Assembly: GCA_047495785.1 (NCBI GenBank)
Contig: JBLDXI010000042.1
Location: forward strand, 5,085,464-5,149,463
Source: Lepidodermella squamata
Lineage: Eukaryota; Animalia; Gastrotricha
DNA: 64,000 nt
Reading direction: 5' to 3'
Shown here: positions 47,137 through 59,020 of the stretch, one piece after another
Layout: each line of letters opens with the position of its first letter
Position numbering within the stretch: position 1 is the stretch's first letter
Program-made: the position numbers and the translations under genes
The notes under the pieces: model-generated
Seen by the model: only the letters and a program-made list of their open reading frames with translations
Told to the model about the DNA's origin: nothing
Database searches by the model: none

Positions 47137-48683
47137 TCATAGCTCATCCTTGTGCCTGTTCAAAAGAGTGTATCTTTCAGCAGACGGGCCGAGTTTGACA
47201 ATTTCCGATTTAGCCACTTCATTTGGTACCATAGGTGCCACATCAGTAACGGAGCCATTTGCATCAACCGAGTATTTCTTCTTCATAGGAACACCACGAG
47301 CTCCGATGTAGACTTCATCTTTTCGCTGCTGGAGTTTTTTCTCATTCTCGTGAAATTCTTTATGCAATTTTCCCGAGTAAAGATCGTGGGAGAACGTCCG
47401 AAGGGCCCATTCCTCGCCCATTTCTTCCACAGGCCTCGGAAAATTGTACATATGCTCGAAATCATCAATGACCAAAATTGGCAGATCTTCGGTAGTGCGG
47501 CCCAATTTCTTGAGAGCTGAGCTAAATTGTGTACCATCGGCGTAAACAGCTTTTAAAGAGTATCGCTCGTCGAAAAGCTGTTTGCTAACTTCCAGCGCGT
47601 ATTTCTTCACAATTTCACGGTCTTCTGGGTTGTGAAACAGGATGAGAAGCGGCGTGCCGAGTTCAGCGATTCGTTCTGCGTTGTCGGGATTGAGTTCTTC
47701 CACTAAGGGTACGCAGAAATTTTCGATCCATGTGTTGAGTTGCGTTTCGTTCTCCGCATCGCCAGGGAACTCCGTAAAGGCGTCATTCAGCTATACAAAA
47801 TTGGGAAATCGACATGCTTACAATTATTTGCTAACTTTTTGAATAGAGGAATAGTGAAGTGGTAAGTGGTCATTTTCAAATTGCTATTTTTCTATATAGA
47901 ATCAATTCAAAGTACAAAATGAAATCGACCTTTGAAGTAAACATCGATAGATTATAAACTTTGAGAGAACTCACAGCTGAATTGATGTGTCTGATCAAGT
48001 AGCCCCTATCGCCGGTCGTGTACTTGGGGATATCATCACCATAATACGCGTGAAAGTCACAATCCTCACGAAACTTCTCGGACAGTGCCTCCAATTTCGA
48101 AATAACCGATTTCGCAACTTCGCTCTCTCGCTTTTCAGGCCGCATTGTCAGCACCACGTGCCGTTTTTTGGTTCCGGAGAAGTCTGAAATTTCGGCGAGA
48201 GACTTGGCCTCAAGAAATGGAGGCCTCAGGTGCAGATCAACGTAATCGCGGAAAGCAGCAACCATACGCTCACCTTTGAACTCATGAAGAACTGGCTCGC
48301 CTCGTCTGAATAGCCGAATTGTGGGCAATTTCGTGATTTTCAAGTTTTCGCACATCAGCTTGCCGTTATGGCCGCTTTCCTCTTCACAGTCGACCTTGGC
48401 AAAGAAAAGCCGGTTTGCCCTCATCAGGTTTGCCGATAAGAAAACAGCTCCTTCTTCGAAAGTTGGCCTCATCACGTGGCTATGTGGGCAAAGTTGAGCA
48501 TAGAAGTAGATCAAAACTAGTTCTTTATCCCTCATAAATTCATGGCGATCTGTTTCGCCGATTTGCGTGACTTCGGCAGCCAAAATCGACGAGAAAAATA
48601 ATCCTAATAAAATGCCCTGCAAGAGAAGGAGTGGGGTCCGAGGAATTCCAGATAAGACTTCGGGAAAAACTCACACTGAACAT
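47137..48683 (-). CDS. ERP44: ERp44-like paralog 6 (LCPHS; ends KDEL)
   Basis: Exons 48683-48675 (MFS), 48616-47975, 47790-47137; CVPLVEELNPDNAE, DDFEHMYNFP, SGKLHKEFH, KLGPSAERYTLLNRHKDEL. Confidence 0.92.
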
Positions 48684-49021
48684 TGACAGTTTTGTGGATG
48701 TACTTTGACGCTAGATTATGCTATACTCACCATTTGAAGTAAAAGGCATAAAGCTGACGTAGCTCTTCGAGAACAGTCTCTTAATTTGTAGATGCTATCA
48801 CGTCTTTAGTGCTTAAGCTGCACTCGGTTAAAAAGCTAAACACCTGACTATTAACAACATAATATACCCGGCTTTCATGAGCTTGAAGAGCTAAGTGAAT
48901 TAGATAGTTGGCCTTTTCATCTCTGATTTCGTCCTATTTCGAATTCAAAGGCTGATTTTATAATTTATTCGATTATTGCATTATTTCTCTCACATGAACA
49001 ATTGGGTCAAACAGATTCTAA

Positions 49022-51119
49022 TTAGCCCAGTCGCTTCTTCTTGCGACAGAACCGAACTATTACGAGCGAAGCTTGTTGGAATTGGCGAGGGGTGAGGATT
49101 TTCATAACAGCTGTCAAGCACATTTCAATATTCAACAACAACATGGCTGTACTATGTAAGCGATGCGTCCCGATTATCGGGCCGAAACTATGGGGGAAAC
49201 TTTCGGCAAAAAAAGCGATACCAAGCGGCAGGTGGCATATCGAGTTGATTGTAAACGCTACCAGAGATTGTTGAGCGAAGAAAAATTCACGATGGCGCCA
49301 CGAAGAGTCATCTGAGCATGTTTGCAAGCTAATTGATGCTAACAGGCTCGCGTTGACTCGTTGCATTTTCTTGAAAATCGCCCAGTAATTCATGGCAAGA
49401 ACTGAAGACGTTGAAAGGACTGCAAAAGAGTAGTAGATGAATAGTAGGGCTGAGGTGTTGAAATATTCGGTGAGCTTGTAGTCAAACGCTCCACAAAGGT
49501 GTATGTATCTTGAATTGTCCACGGGTAGTGCCTGATGGCCCAGAATGCTGTATGGATAGACAGTTAATACCGTCGACAAGGAACCGCAGAGCATAAAGCC
49601 GAAAGCAACAGTGATCGAAAGCTGTAACACACAAAAGCACTGGATTAAGAAAAGAGAATAGCAAGAACTCTATTCCACCTCAGGCTTACATTCTCACTTC
49701 GGTTTAATGACCCAAACTTTCAAACGGAAACACGCTGCAAGGGAAAATCAACCGGGGATTCCAAATCTAAACAAGGCTGAGATTCTGATTCTCTTAATTC
49801 TTCAAATGCTGAGCTATCATGAGCAGGACTTCGGCACGTAACTCTCATCAGCATTTTGGACTGAAATAATTTCGAATAATATATGCTTTCGCTGGTTATG
49901 TGTTTCACGCAATTACATAGTTAGGTTAAGATTGCATAATATCGATCGAGATACACCAAGTGGCCAAATCGATTCAGATGCGACATGTATCGATTTATTG
50001 CATACGTCTGAAGACAGCTAAATTACTGCGCAATTCTCTCTCTCTCTCTAATTCAATTTCCCTAACCCGATGTCGGCTGTGTTATGACAGCGTGTAACTG
50101 TTGGTCATTTCTACGTCACGCACTGTTACACTTGTCGAGAGAAATTAGGGATAAAGAGGATAATAGCAATAACGCGGAACTCTGTAATCTAGAAATACCC
50201 CCTTCCGTTTATAACGAATGCAGATAATTGGGTCATTTCTCCTAACCTCAGAAGAGACAAATCGCTGCTGTTACCTATAATGACTTTTGTTTGGAATAAA
50301 CTGAATACCGTGTTTCAATGAATAACAGCCTTCAAGAATTTGAACTTTGAACATTAAAATAAGATAGGAACATATCGCGACTTCCGCGCCAGAACAGTGT
50401 GCCGGAAATAGAAACAAATGGCGTAATGCATTTGATGCGGAGAGAAAACTGGCGTCCAACTTTTTTTCTCGCGATCAGGCACGCGACTGACTTGGCGAAG
50501 ATGCAAAAAGTTAGTTTTACGCCATTTGTTTCTATTTCCGGCACACTGTTCTGGCGCGGAAGTCGCGATATGGATAGGGAATAGGGTATCAGCTTTCAGC
50601 TATTGAAACCTGTTTTCTTTTTAAGCGGAGTGCGTCGAAGCCGAGACAAACCTTGAGCAGACTGGATCTGTAGTTAGGAGAGTCCGATAGCGCTCGAAGC
50701 CGTCGCTCGTAACTGATAATCCTATTCATGTAACACCCGAAAGGCCCAATCGCTAAGGCTACCCACATTGAAGAGCGGCAAAAACCAGCGTTGAAATTGC
50801 CATCGTGCAGCGTTACCAGAAAACCGAACGCGAAATTAAAGGCCAGCAAAGCGTTGCGCAGGTCATAAATCGCGTTCAGAACAAAAAACTCGCGCTTTAC
50901 GCCTCGTTTGATATAAACGCCCAGGCTTCCTAACGCTGATAGAATGATGAATATTGGCGATATCAGAAATGGCAAGCTGTATGCCAGGCGGTCGCTGACT
51001 GTTTGAGCAGTTAGATCCGTATACCATATGAAATACGGCCTGGGTTCATTGTAACCTCGGCCAGATATATTCACCAGTATCCAAGCTCCGTTTATAACGT
51101 ATGCAACTGATCTATTCAT
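49022..51119 (-). CDS. Divergent rhodopsin-like 7TM receptor (putative chemoreceptor); start uncertain
   Basis: Exons about 51119-50652 and 49621-49022 join in phase 0. About seven hydrophobic segments, Cys at the top of TM3 (GFCRS), DRY-like ISYERR, ECL2 Cys (HLCG), TM6 ICHLP, helix-8-like RQFQQA and a basic tail. Confidence 0.7.
50376..50567. mobile_element. About 190-bp ATAT-flanked MITE, copy in the GPCR intron
   Basis: TIR CGCGACTTCCGCGCCAGAACAGTGTGCCGGAAATAGAAACAAATGGCGTAA; ATAT on both sides; inverted relative to 13341-13534. Confidence 0.9.
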
Positions 51120-53141
51120 CAAATCGCCTTGAAAATTAGTGAAATGTCGCGTAAATTGAATTCGCTTTGCCACATTTTAAATTCGATTATCATCTCTTTT
51201 CTTCTTGAAAGAATTGCTAAGGTACTCAATTATCGGACTAATAATGTCACTTCACCTAATAATATGTCGTCCTTTATCGAGTCCGTTTGAAATCTTCGCG
51301 CAAAGCAATCTTCGCTAAATTAAACTTCAGCGGACATGATTACCTTGCAATCAGAAACAGTCCATTTGTCATTTGAAAATCTGCTAACGAACATGGGATG
51401 AAAATACGTCAGGCGTAGATGTTTCGGAACTATCCCATCGTCAATGCAGCGTAACGGAGAAAAATAGGGCGTGGGCTCTCAGTTTTCGACCGCTTCGGAA
51501 TCCGAGCCAAATCTTCTGCAAAAATAAAAATCTGGATCTCTATTCTCGCGAATTTAATAATTTCAGGATCCCGTGAGCCGAATTACTGACATGCAGCTCC
51601 TCTCTTCAAAACTCAATTTCGTGAGTCCTAGTTTTCAGTTCGCAATGTTTGGTTAATATGAAACATTATAGCTCTTATCCACAAACTAACTTCGGAGAGG
51701 GTGTCTCCGGAGACGGAGCATGCAAGTTCCGAATACTCAAGCGAAACCTTGGGGCAATTGAGCCGTGCGAAGTTTCTATTTTTGGCGGGCTGAAGATTTC
51801 GAGCGCGCAAAATTGAGCAGGTAGACCTAGGGTTTGCAATTGTTTCAATTAGACTTGAATCCTCAAAATTCCTACATAATAGGATGCGAAATGAGGCGAC
51901 AAGACGCATGAGGCAAAATTTCGACGCGAAATTTAACATTTTTCAGAATAATTAAAAAATAATTACCAATAATAACTGAATCATTCTTCGAACCCGCACT
52001 AAAAGCTAACATTTTTATTGTAACCCGGTAATTTGTATTTCGGATTTATTGGTGAAAGGAAGGATATTTTACTGCGCGCGTTTCATATGCTAGAAATGTA
52101 CGTCATTATAGTCAGTTACAATCAAAATTACGAATCAACGATGCCACGTGAACATTTAATCGATGTCGTCGCCCTAACTCGCGCGTTCGAATGTCCACGC
52201 GCGCGTGTGTATGCAGTAACTTCGGACGCGCACAAATTTCGGTTCGGAGAGCAGTTGTCGGAATCAGTTGTCGGGGCATAGTTTCACTAATATGAATATA
52301 TTCATGAGATGTCGTGAAAGCAGGACATTCTTATTTGAGTGCCTAAAATGGCAGGAAAATTTGAGCACTTAGAATGAGGTTACAAAAAGTCAAAACTTAT
52401 TTTTCCGGAATTTTTCTGACATAATTATCAATTATCAACTTTGAGGGCTTTGGAATATTAATTAGCACCTTATGAATATTCATATTTTTAAAACTATTAA
52501 AACTTCTTTTGGTCTGTCCGACTTTTTATTGTTAGCTGCGCTTGACACATACTTGGAGCAAAAAATAGTTCGGGCGCGTGTGAGACATTTTTAGTTTCAA
52601 CTCAACAAATTCCTAACCGTGCGTAACTTTTGAATCTCGCTGTATCGAAGACGAAAACTTTGCACACGTCTCTGAATCAGTTTGAGAGCGTAACCAAGTG
52701 TTCCCGTGTTCCCGGTAATGCAGTGTTGCTCAGCCACAACACGTTCTGAATAACATCATCTCTTTCCATGGATTTTTCATCGAATAAATGTCATTATTTA
52801 AAACGTTTCATTCACATGTTTATTCGGCTTTGCGCGATACCAACGGCTAATAGCTAGCATGAAACTAGATCAATAGCGCTGAGTATCAATTTTAATTATT
52901 TCTATATTTCTTTTCATTTTACCTTCAGCGGTGATAACAACATGATGATTGACAGACACTCCCTGCTCAACGAGCTTCGAGGTTTGCGCGCAACGGCATA
53001 ATTCAGTGGGAGAGCCGTCTGCGTTCGCAAGGAGACATCTCCAAGTCGTACCGTGCTCTAGGTCGAATCACACCCTTCCGCATAAGGAAAACAAAAAAAT
53101 TGTCTCCGCAAAAAGTATATTAGGAAAAGTCCGCCCGAGAA

Positions 53142-54283
53142 ATGCGCATGGCTGCATTGCTTTTCGCTCTGCTTTCTCTTGGGGTGCCCTCAGCCACTGG
53201 CCAGTCATTGATGAGCTCCTTCGAGAAATGGGTCAGTAAGCCTGAGCTGAATAACATGCTGCCAGCTACGTTGCCGCCGTACTATGATCAGCAGATCAAT
53301 TCAAAAACTGAATGCATGTCTCACTGCACAAGAAACGCGAGTTGCAGCAGTTTGGCTTACAGCGAGTCGAAGCGAGTGTGCAAACTGTACAGCCATCTCG
53401 GCTTGGTTACACCCCTGCCGAAACTGAAGCTGGATCTAGGTCAAGGCCATAAAATGTACTATCGAGTACGTATTGCGTCATACTAAGCCATTAGCCATAT
53501 TAGCCATTAGCCACTGGCAGAATAAACATTAATTTTCTATTATTCCTTTGAAAGGGTCATTTCTGCCCGCCTGGTTGGATATCAGACAACGATAGCGACC
53601 GTTGTTACCTACTGCAGAGTGAAACATTGTGGCGGCAATATTCCTGGAAGGTTTGCGACGAAAACTTTCAGTCGGAACTAGCCACCTTCCAGAACGTCGA
53701 CCAGCGGCGTCGGCTCTACCAGGTAATTCGGAAATCTTTTGAACCTATTACAATCGCCTTTCTTCAGATTCTGAAGAACAACGCTCCGTCGAATTCGACC
53801 AACTGGTGGACTGGCTATGCTTCATTCGCTGCAAACGTCTGGCCACGGCCTGTTCAGGAGATCAAGGGCTACCTCAAACGCAAGGGCAATGTGGGCGATG
53901 ACTTTTTGACCCTCAATAATGTTAAAGGTCCCAAGGAATGCGCCAGCATGTGCGATCGTGTCTATCGTGACAGTTGTGTTGCCTTCGCCTACATCCGCCG
54001 TGATAACTACTGTACTCTAAAATCATCTTCTTACAACGGACCGGGTACCTCGGTCGATGTCGACGTGTGGACGTATGAAAAAATTCGTGGCAGGCCTACC
54101 GCACGGCGTCCCAATTTGAAAGTAAACTCTGCTTCTGGTAACTGCTTCGATGGACAAGCTGGTAATGCTTTGACGCTTCAGAAATGCGCGGATAGTTGTA
54201 AGGCAACGCGCGGCAGGTGCGTGACTTACCAATTTCCCAGACCGGCATTTAGGCTGCAGAACAACGCCGAACACAGGGGTTGA
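53142..54283 (+). CDS. Secreted PAN/apple + C-type-lectin-like protein, apparently truncated at the 3' end
   Basis: Signal peptide; PAN1 (ECMSHCTRNASCSSLAYSESKRVCKLY); intron 53466-53554; CTLD N-half (CPPGW..RCYLL..WKVC..LATF..WWTG); intron 53723-53767; PAN2 (ECASMC..SCVAFAY..YCTLK); incomplete PAN3. Confidence 0.75.
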
Positions 54284-54311
54284 AAATGTCTGCTGAACAA
54301 AGGGGTGAAAT

Positions 54312-54876
54312 CGAATTGTACTGACTTGTTCGGCTTTTTTACGCCAATTTGTTCGGCCTTGTTCGGAAATGTTGGGAAAATAATTTCAGCCAGAAAAAAT
54401 AAAAATGTGCGATGGCTGTGGGAGTTGAACCATCGTTCTCGCACTCCTTACTCAGCCTCTCTCACCACTAAGCCATCTACTCTCTTGAAATCAGAGACCG
54501 TTTTCTAGCTATATAAATGAGTGGGTGTAAATCGTAACTTGGAAACTATAATGGCTATCGAAATTCTGAAAAAGCCATCAGATTCAGCGTGTGCGCTTTC
54601 ATTTTCTTTATGGACTTTCTTTGCTGGCAAGAGCGCTGGTGCCCACCGATGTTCAGTATTGAGCTATTCATTTAAATAGCTAGAAACCGGTCTCTGATTT
54701 CAAGAGAGTAGATGGCTTAGTGGTGAGAGAGGCTGAGTAAGGAGTGCGAGAACGATGGTTCAACTCCCACAGCCATCGCACATTTTTATTTTTTCTGGCT
54801 GAAATTATTTTCCCAACATTTCCGAACAAGGCCGAACAAATTGGCGTAAAAAAGCCGAACAAGTCAGTACAATTCG
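54312..54876. mobile_element. Foldback element: 209-bp near-perfect inverted arms, each with a tRNA-like Pol III cassette
   Basis: Arms 54312-54520 and 54668-54876, spacer 147 bp; A-box-like TGGCTTAGTGG and B-box-like GGTTCAACTCC followed by T-runs; no TSD seen. Confidence 0.8.
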
Positions 54877-55263
54877 CTAGCGACGCGGCATAAGGGACTA
54901 TTTGGACGGTAACTTTTTTACCGCACAGCAAACATAGTACTGAGAATAAAGTGCTATTTTTACCGTCCTTTTTACCGTTCAGTAACTTCATCTCGTCATT
55001 GTTCTCATGTGCGCGGTAAATATTTTACCGTAAACGGCATCCCACCGCAGCACTAAGGCAAACAATAGTCACATACGGTAAGCTTGTTTTCTTTGTGTTC
55101 ACGGAGGTTTCGTTTAGAAGTTTGCGAGCGTCCTTCATGACTACATGATATGCTAGCTGCATTAGGTATGCCGCCGCGTGAACATGACACCTACTGTTCA
55201 TGTATTAAAATTTAACATGTTATTATTTCCGAGTGCGAATATGCCAAACGCTCGACCCTGAAA

Positions 55264-55473
55264 CCGATAATCGAAGCGTTGACGCCAGCGATTTGTGCGA
55301 TCGATCGATTTGTAATTAGTTCAGTTTTGTACTCCAGGACAATGAGTTAATCCCCTGCCATATGGCCCCGATAATCGAAGCGTTGGCGCCAGCGATTTGT
55401 GCGATCGATCGATTTGTAATTAGTTCAGTTTTGTACTCCAGGACAATGAGTTAATCCCCTGCCATATGGCCCC
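55264..55473. repeat. Direct tandem duplication, period 104 bp
   Basis: Two nearly identical copies beginning CCGATAATCGAAGCGTTG at 55264 and 55368. Confidence 0.9.
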
Positions 55474-56025
55474 CATAGCGTTGTATGGTTTTGGTGGGGA
55501 GTGAGCACTCTATCATCTCTATGACAAAACCAAAAAATAAAGCAAAAAATAAAGCAAAAAAGTCATTTCCACTGATTTAATTCTCGTTAAAACTAGAGCA
55601 GCCTTATTCCCGAGTTGGCGAGGTTTTCAGAATTTTTTCGGCAGAATTTACCATTGAGCTGGGTGACAATGAGAATTCCTGGCCAATATCTGACTATTAT
55701 TGTTCTGTTGAAATTTGAACTTTCTTACGTTAATCTCATCAAAAAATGTAAATAGTTGGGCATTTCCAAAATGGCCTGAAATCTGCAGCTGATCTGCAGC
55801 CAGTCGGCTAATTTTGTGCCTTGAAGATGTACGTAAGTAATCAGTATTAAAGTAAATTAGTAATATTAAGCCTACCTGAGCGTTCGTTAATTATAAATGA
55901 AATTGGCGATATTATAATATTGAATAATAATCATTTTGCAATAAGTTCAACGCTGAGGTTGTTCTTTTACGTTAAAATTGTTGCTGATCGGCTGTGCTAT
56001 TAACGACACATTAATTACTGATTAT

Positions 56026-56766
56026 ATGGCTGAAAACGGCAGACCGCCTTCCGGTCGCCGCCGAAGCCGCCCGCCCGATGGGGGCGTTCAGCAGAAGAAG
56101 TCAAAACCGGACCCACCGTTGTCTGCCACTGACGGCGCGAAGCTGCCGAAGAAATTCAACGTGAAGGGCGGGGCTCTCGGCCGCTGCCATCGCCGAGGTC
56201 TAAGCACTCATCCTACAGCACCGCAGTGCCGATGCCTCTCCGTCGTCCTCCGTCGACCGCATGGATGCCGACGCCGCTTTCCGGTGCTCCGGGCGTCGTC
56301 GTCCTCTCCGCCGGTCACCAATCAGCCGCCGGCTCGTGGTGCTCCTGTCAGCCCGGCTCGTCACGCGCCGGCCCCGTCTAACCCTGTTAGCAAACGTGTG
56401 GTTATCATTGATAATGTCTTTGGCATGTCTCGAAGTGAGCCTGAGCCCGAGCTAGTTAGAGCTGCGCCCTGGCTCGAATATCAAGCGGCGGTTGACATGC
56501 GCAGTGGTGGCCTTCGGGTCATCTGCTCCACGCCAGCTACAGCGGATCGCCTCTTGAAAAGAGACCTTGTCGCCGGTGCCTTCCGAGGGTCCAACTACCG
56601 TGTTCATCGCCCCGGTGAGCCAGATTCGACTCGTCCCTTGCCTCCTGCCGTCGAGAAAGAACACCGTACCGTGCTGACCTCGCGTCTATCGGCCTGCTAC
56701 TCTGTTGCCGATCTGCGGGCCCACCTCTCGCCAACGGACAAACGAGACCAACAATACCGAAAATAG
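56026..56766 (+). mobile_element. Truncated ORF1 (gag-like) of a non-LTR retrotransposon
   Basis: GC-rich ORF with low-complexity N-terminus, then RVVIIDNV..MRSGGLRVICSTPATADRLLK..YRVHRP, resembling LINE ORF1 RRM-like regions; ends abruptly. Confidence 0.5.
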
Positions 56767-57489
56767 GTTGTTTACTCAGGCTTATATGTAACGCAAAATA
56801 AGCCGTGTAAGCGCAATGTAACGCAATGTAACCGACTAGCGATCCTAAGCCAGGTCCTAGTTTTACCATTTTTCCAACATTTTTCTGTATTATTGTGCGA
56901 CAATTTTTTATGTAAAACGATTCGTCGTGAATTGAGGATTTCAATAATCCAAGTCCCATTCTCCTAGCTGTCACACCTGAGAAGGAGATGCACCGCTAAA
57001 CACCGCGCTCGCTCTAAAATTGATGCGCAATGGGAAAATGCTGATAAAACCCTTTTCATTAGTGTTAAAAACGTAATTTTTCGCAGCTGTTACAGGTTAC
57101 AGCGCTACGCAAACACGACGAGTTTTTCGTTTGCCCGAGCGATCAGAACAATTTTGCATGTGTTTATCATGAAGTGTCCATACTGTTCTTAGTCCCAAGA
57201 CTTCGGAGCGTATTACGCAACTTCGGCCGTCCGAACTTCGGATGGCCGTCCGAAGTCGTTTATAAATCCAGCATAAGTCAAACGGGTTATCCTGTAATGG
57301 GACTAGGGCTCTCAGGCGCTCGTCGATCAGCCGGTAAATCGACCTGGGGATGAACCTGGTTGGCGAAGGGGTTATACATATTTGCCAACACTCCGCATTG
57401 TGAAGCAATTGGTTTCCTCTACAAGCGTCGCATAGTCATCGTTTTGAAAAATAATAAATAATAGGCCTTCGTTATACATAAAAATCAGA

Positions 57490-57598
57490 CGCCCTTTTGT
57501 CTCGGCGCCCTTTTGTCCGGCGCCCTTTTGCCTTTCGCCCTCATGTCCGGCGCCCTTATGTCTTTCGCGCTTTTATCCGCGCCCTTATGTCATGGTAC
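57490..57598. repeat. Tandem CGCCCTT(T/A)TGTC-type repeats, probably the subterminal array of a DNA transposon end
   Basis: About seven imperfect 15-17 bp units; partner end not identified. Confidence 0.6.
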
Positions 57599-59020
57599 TG
57601 TTTATTGCATCGTGTTTTCGTTGCACATAAACACGCTCATACTTAACACCACGCATAACACTATTGCTGCCACGTGCATTCCGCCCTATAAAAATTCATT
57701 TTCGAGCGTTCAAAATTGCACTTCAACTCCACGTAGTGATCAGATTGCGCACTCACGATGCGACATTGAAACAAAAAATGAACAAAAAAACCCCTCCTTA
57801 ATACTATCTGCCAAATTTTTCGACTATCTTGGATAGCACTTTTACATTTTAGATTTTTTTGAAGATTTTTACTTGAAATCGGTCATTTCATATTTCTTTC
57901 TCATTATATGCGTCGCGTAGATCGTTTCTTGCTCTATCGTTTCATGAAAACCTCACCGTGCCGAAATTTTCGTATCGTAAAGTATCCCGCTTACAAATAC
58001 AAACACTTTAGTGACTGGTGGCACCGAAAAACGAGCTATCCACCTTATCAGAAATTTCAACCAGGTGAAATGTCATGGCTATAGCAAAGATCGAGGTACA
58101 AGGAGTACATTGATATTTGAGCGGTGTTCGTAGCTATCATGGTTGTTGAGAAACGAAGCCTCAAATTGTCCGACCCAAAAATGCAAATTTTCGAAATTCG
58201 CTCTCAAAAATCTAAATTATTGGCATACATTCGCAATTAGCTTCTCTGCACACACTGATCTTAACCACACGCATTCAGTTGTATATCATATAGGGTATTT
58301 GAAGGTGAGGAATCTATTTGAAAGCTCAAAACAGCAGACCAATTTATGCCAGTACCTCCACAAGAGCCTGAAATTGTAAGAATCCGCGGACGATGGCACC
58401 TTTATTGGTATGAGCTCCTATATCTACTGCAGACTAATGATTTATTAAATTGCAACACTTGGAGCAGATCTGATTTGTGTCTGAAAAGCTTTGCAAAGCA
58501 GAACAAATCGCTTTATCGCCCCAGAGATCTACCCGTAAACCGTTCTCGTCATAAAATACGCGCCACTTTTTTGCCTTCAGTGTGCGACTTTCAGGGGGCC
58601 GAGCCAGACAACAAAAATGAGAATTTATCCCTTGTTGCGTTATTTTTGAGAGCTTATGGAGCGTGATTTAGTGGAAAATCTTCAAAATTTGCTCGCATCG
58701 CTCGCTTTTCAGTTAAAATGACTTGTCAGTTTGACAAAAAGATCAAATCATTTTTTTCATCCATGGCAGCTCCGGAATCCAAGATCGCACCCTGCTTCAA
58801 CTACTCTGAAACCCTGAAAAGTAGTCTGCATTCTCGCCAATAGATCGGTTTGAAGTGCCGTAAGCCCTAATTATAGTTAGGATCCCATCCAAAATGATCG
58901 AGTGGATGTGCATTGTAAATTATTCTTCTTCGCGTGATTTTTTTTTCTTTGATAACAATGGCATTTTTTTCTTTGGCCGTCGGTTCAAGTCCGCGCAAAA
59001 ATCGTGAAACCCAAACTTGA

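Noticed and set aside
35622-48187. Numerous plus-strand ORFs over the ERp44 genes
   Set aside because: Antisense shadows of the real minus-strand coding frames.
54705-54790. Possible tRNA gene
   Set aside because: It has A/B-box-like motifs but no convincing anticodon and acceptor stems; reported as tRNA-like instead.
54305-54991. Near-identical ORFs on opposite strands (NCTDLFGFFTP...)
   Set aside because: A consequence of the inverted repeat, not duplicated genes.
57490-57598. CRISPR-like short repeat array
   Set aside because: Eukaryotic context and no unique spacers; looks like a transposon subterminal array.
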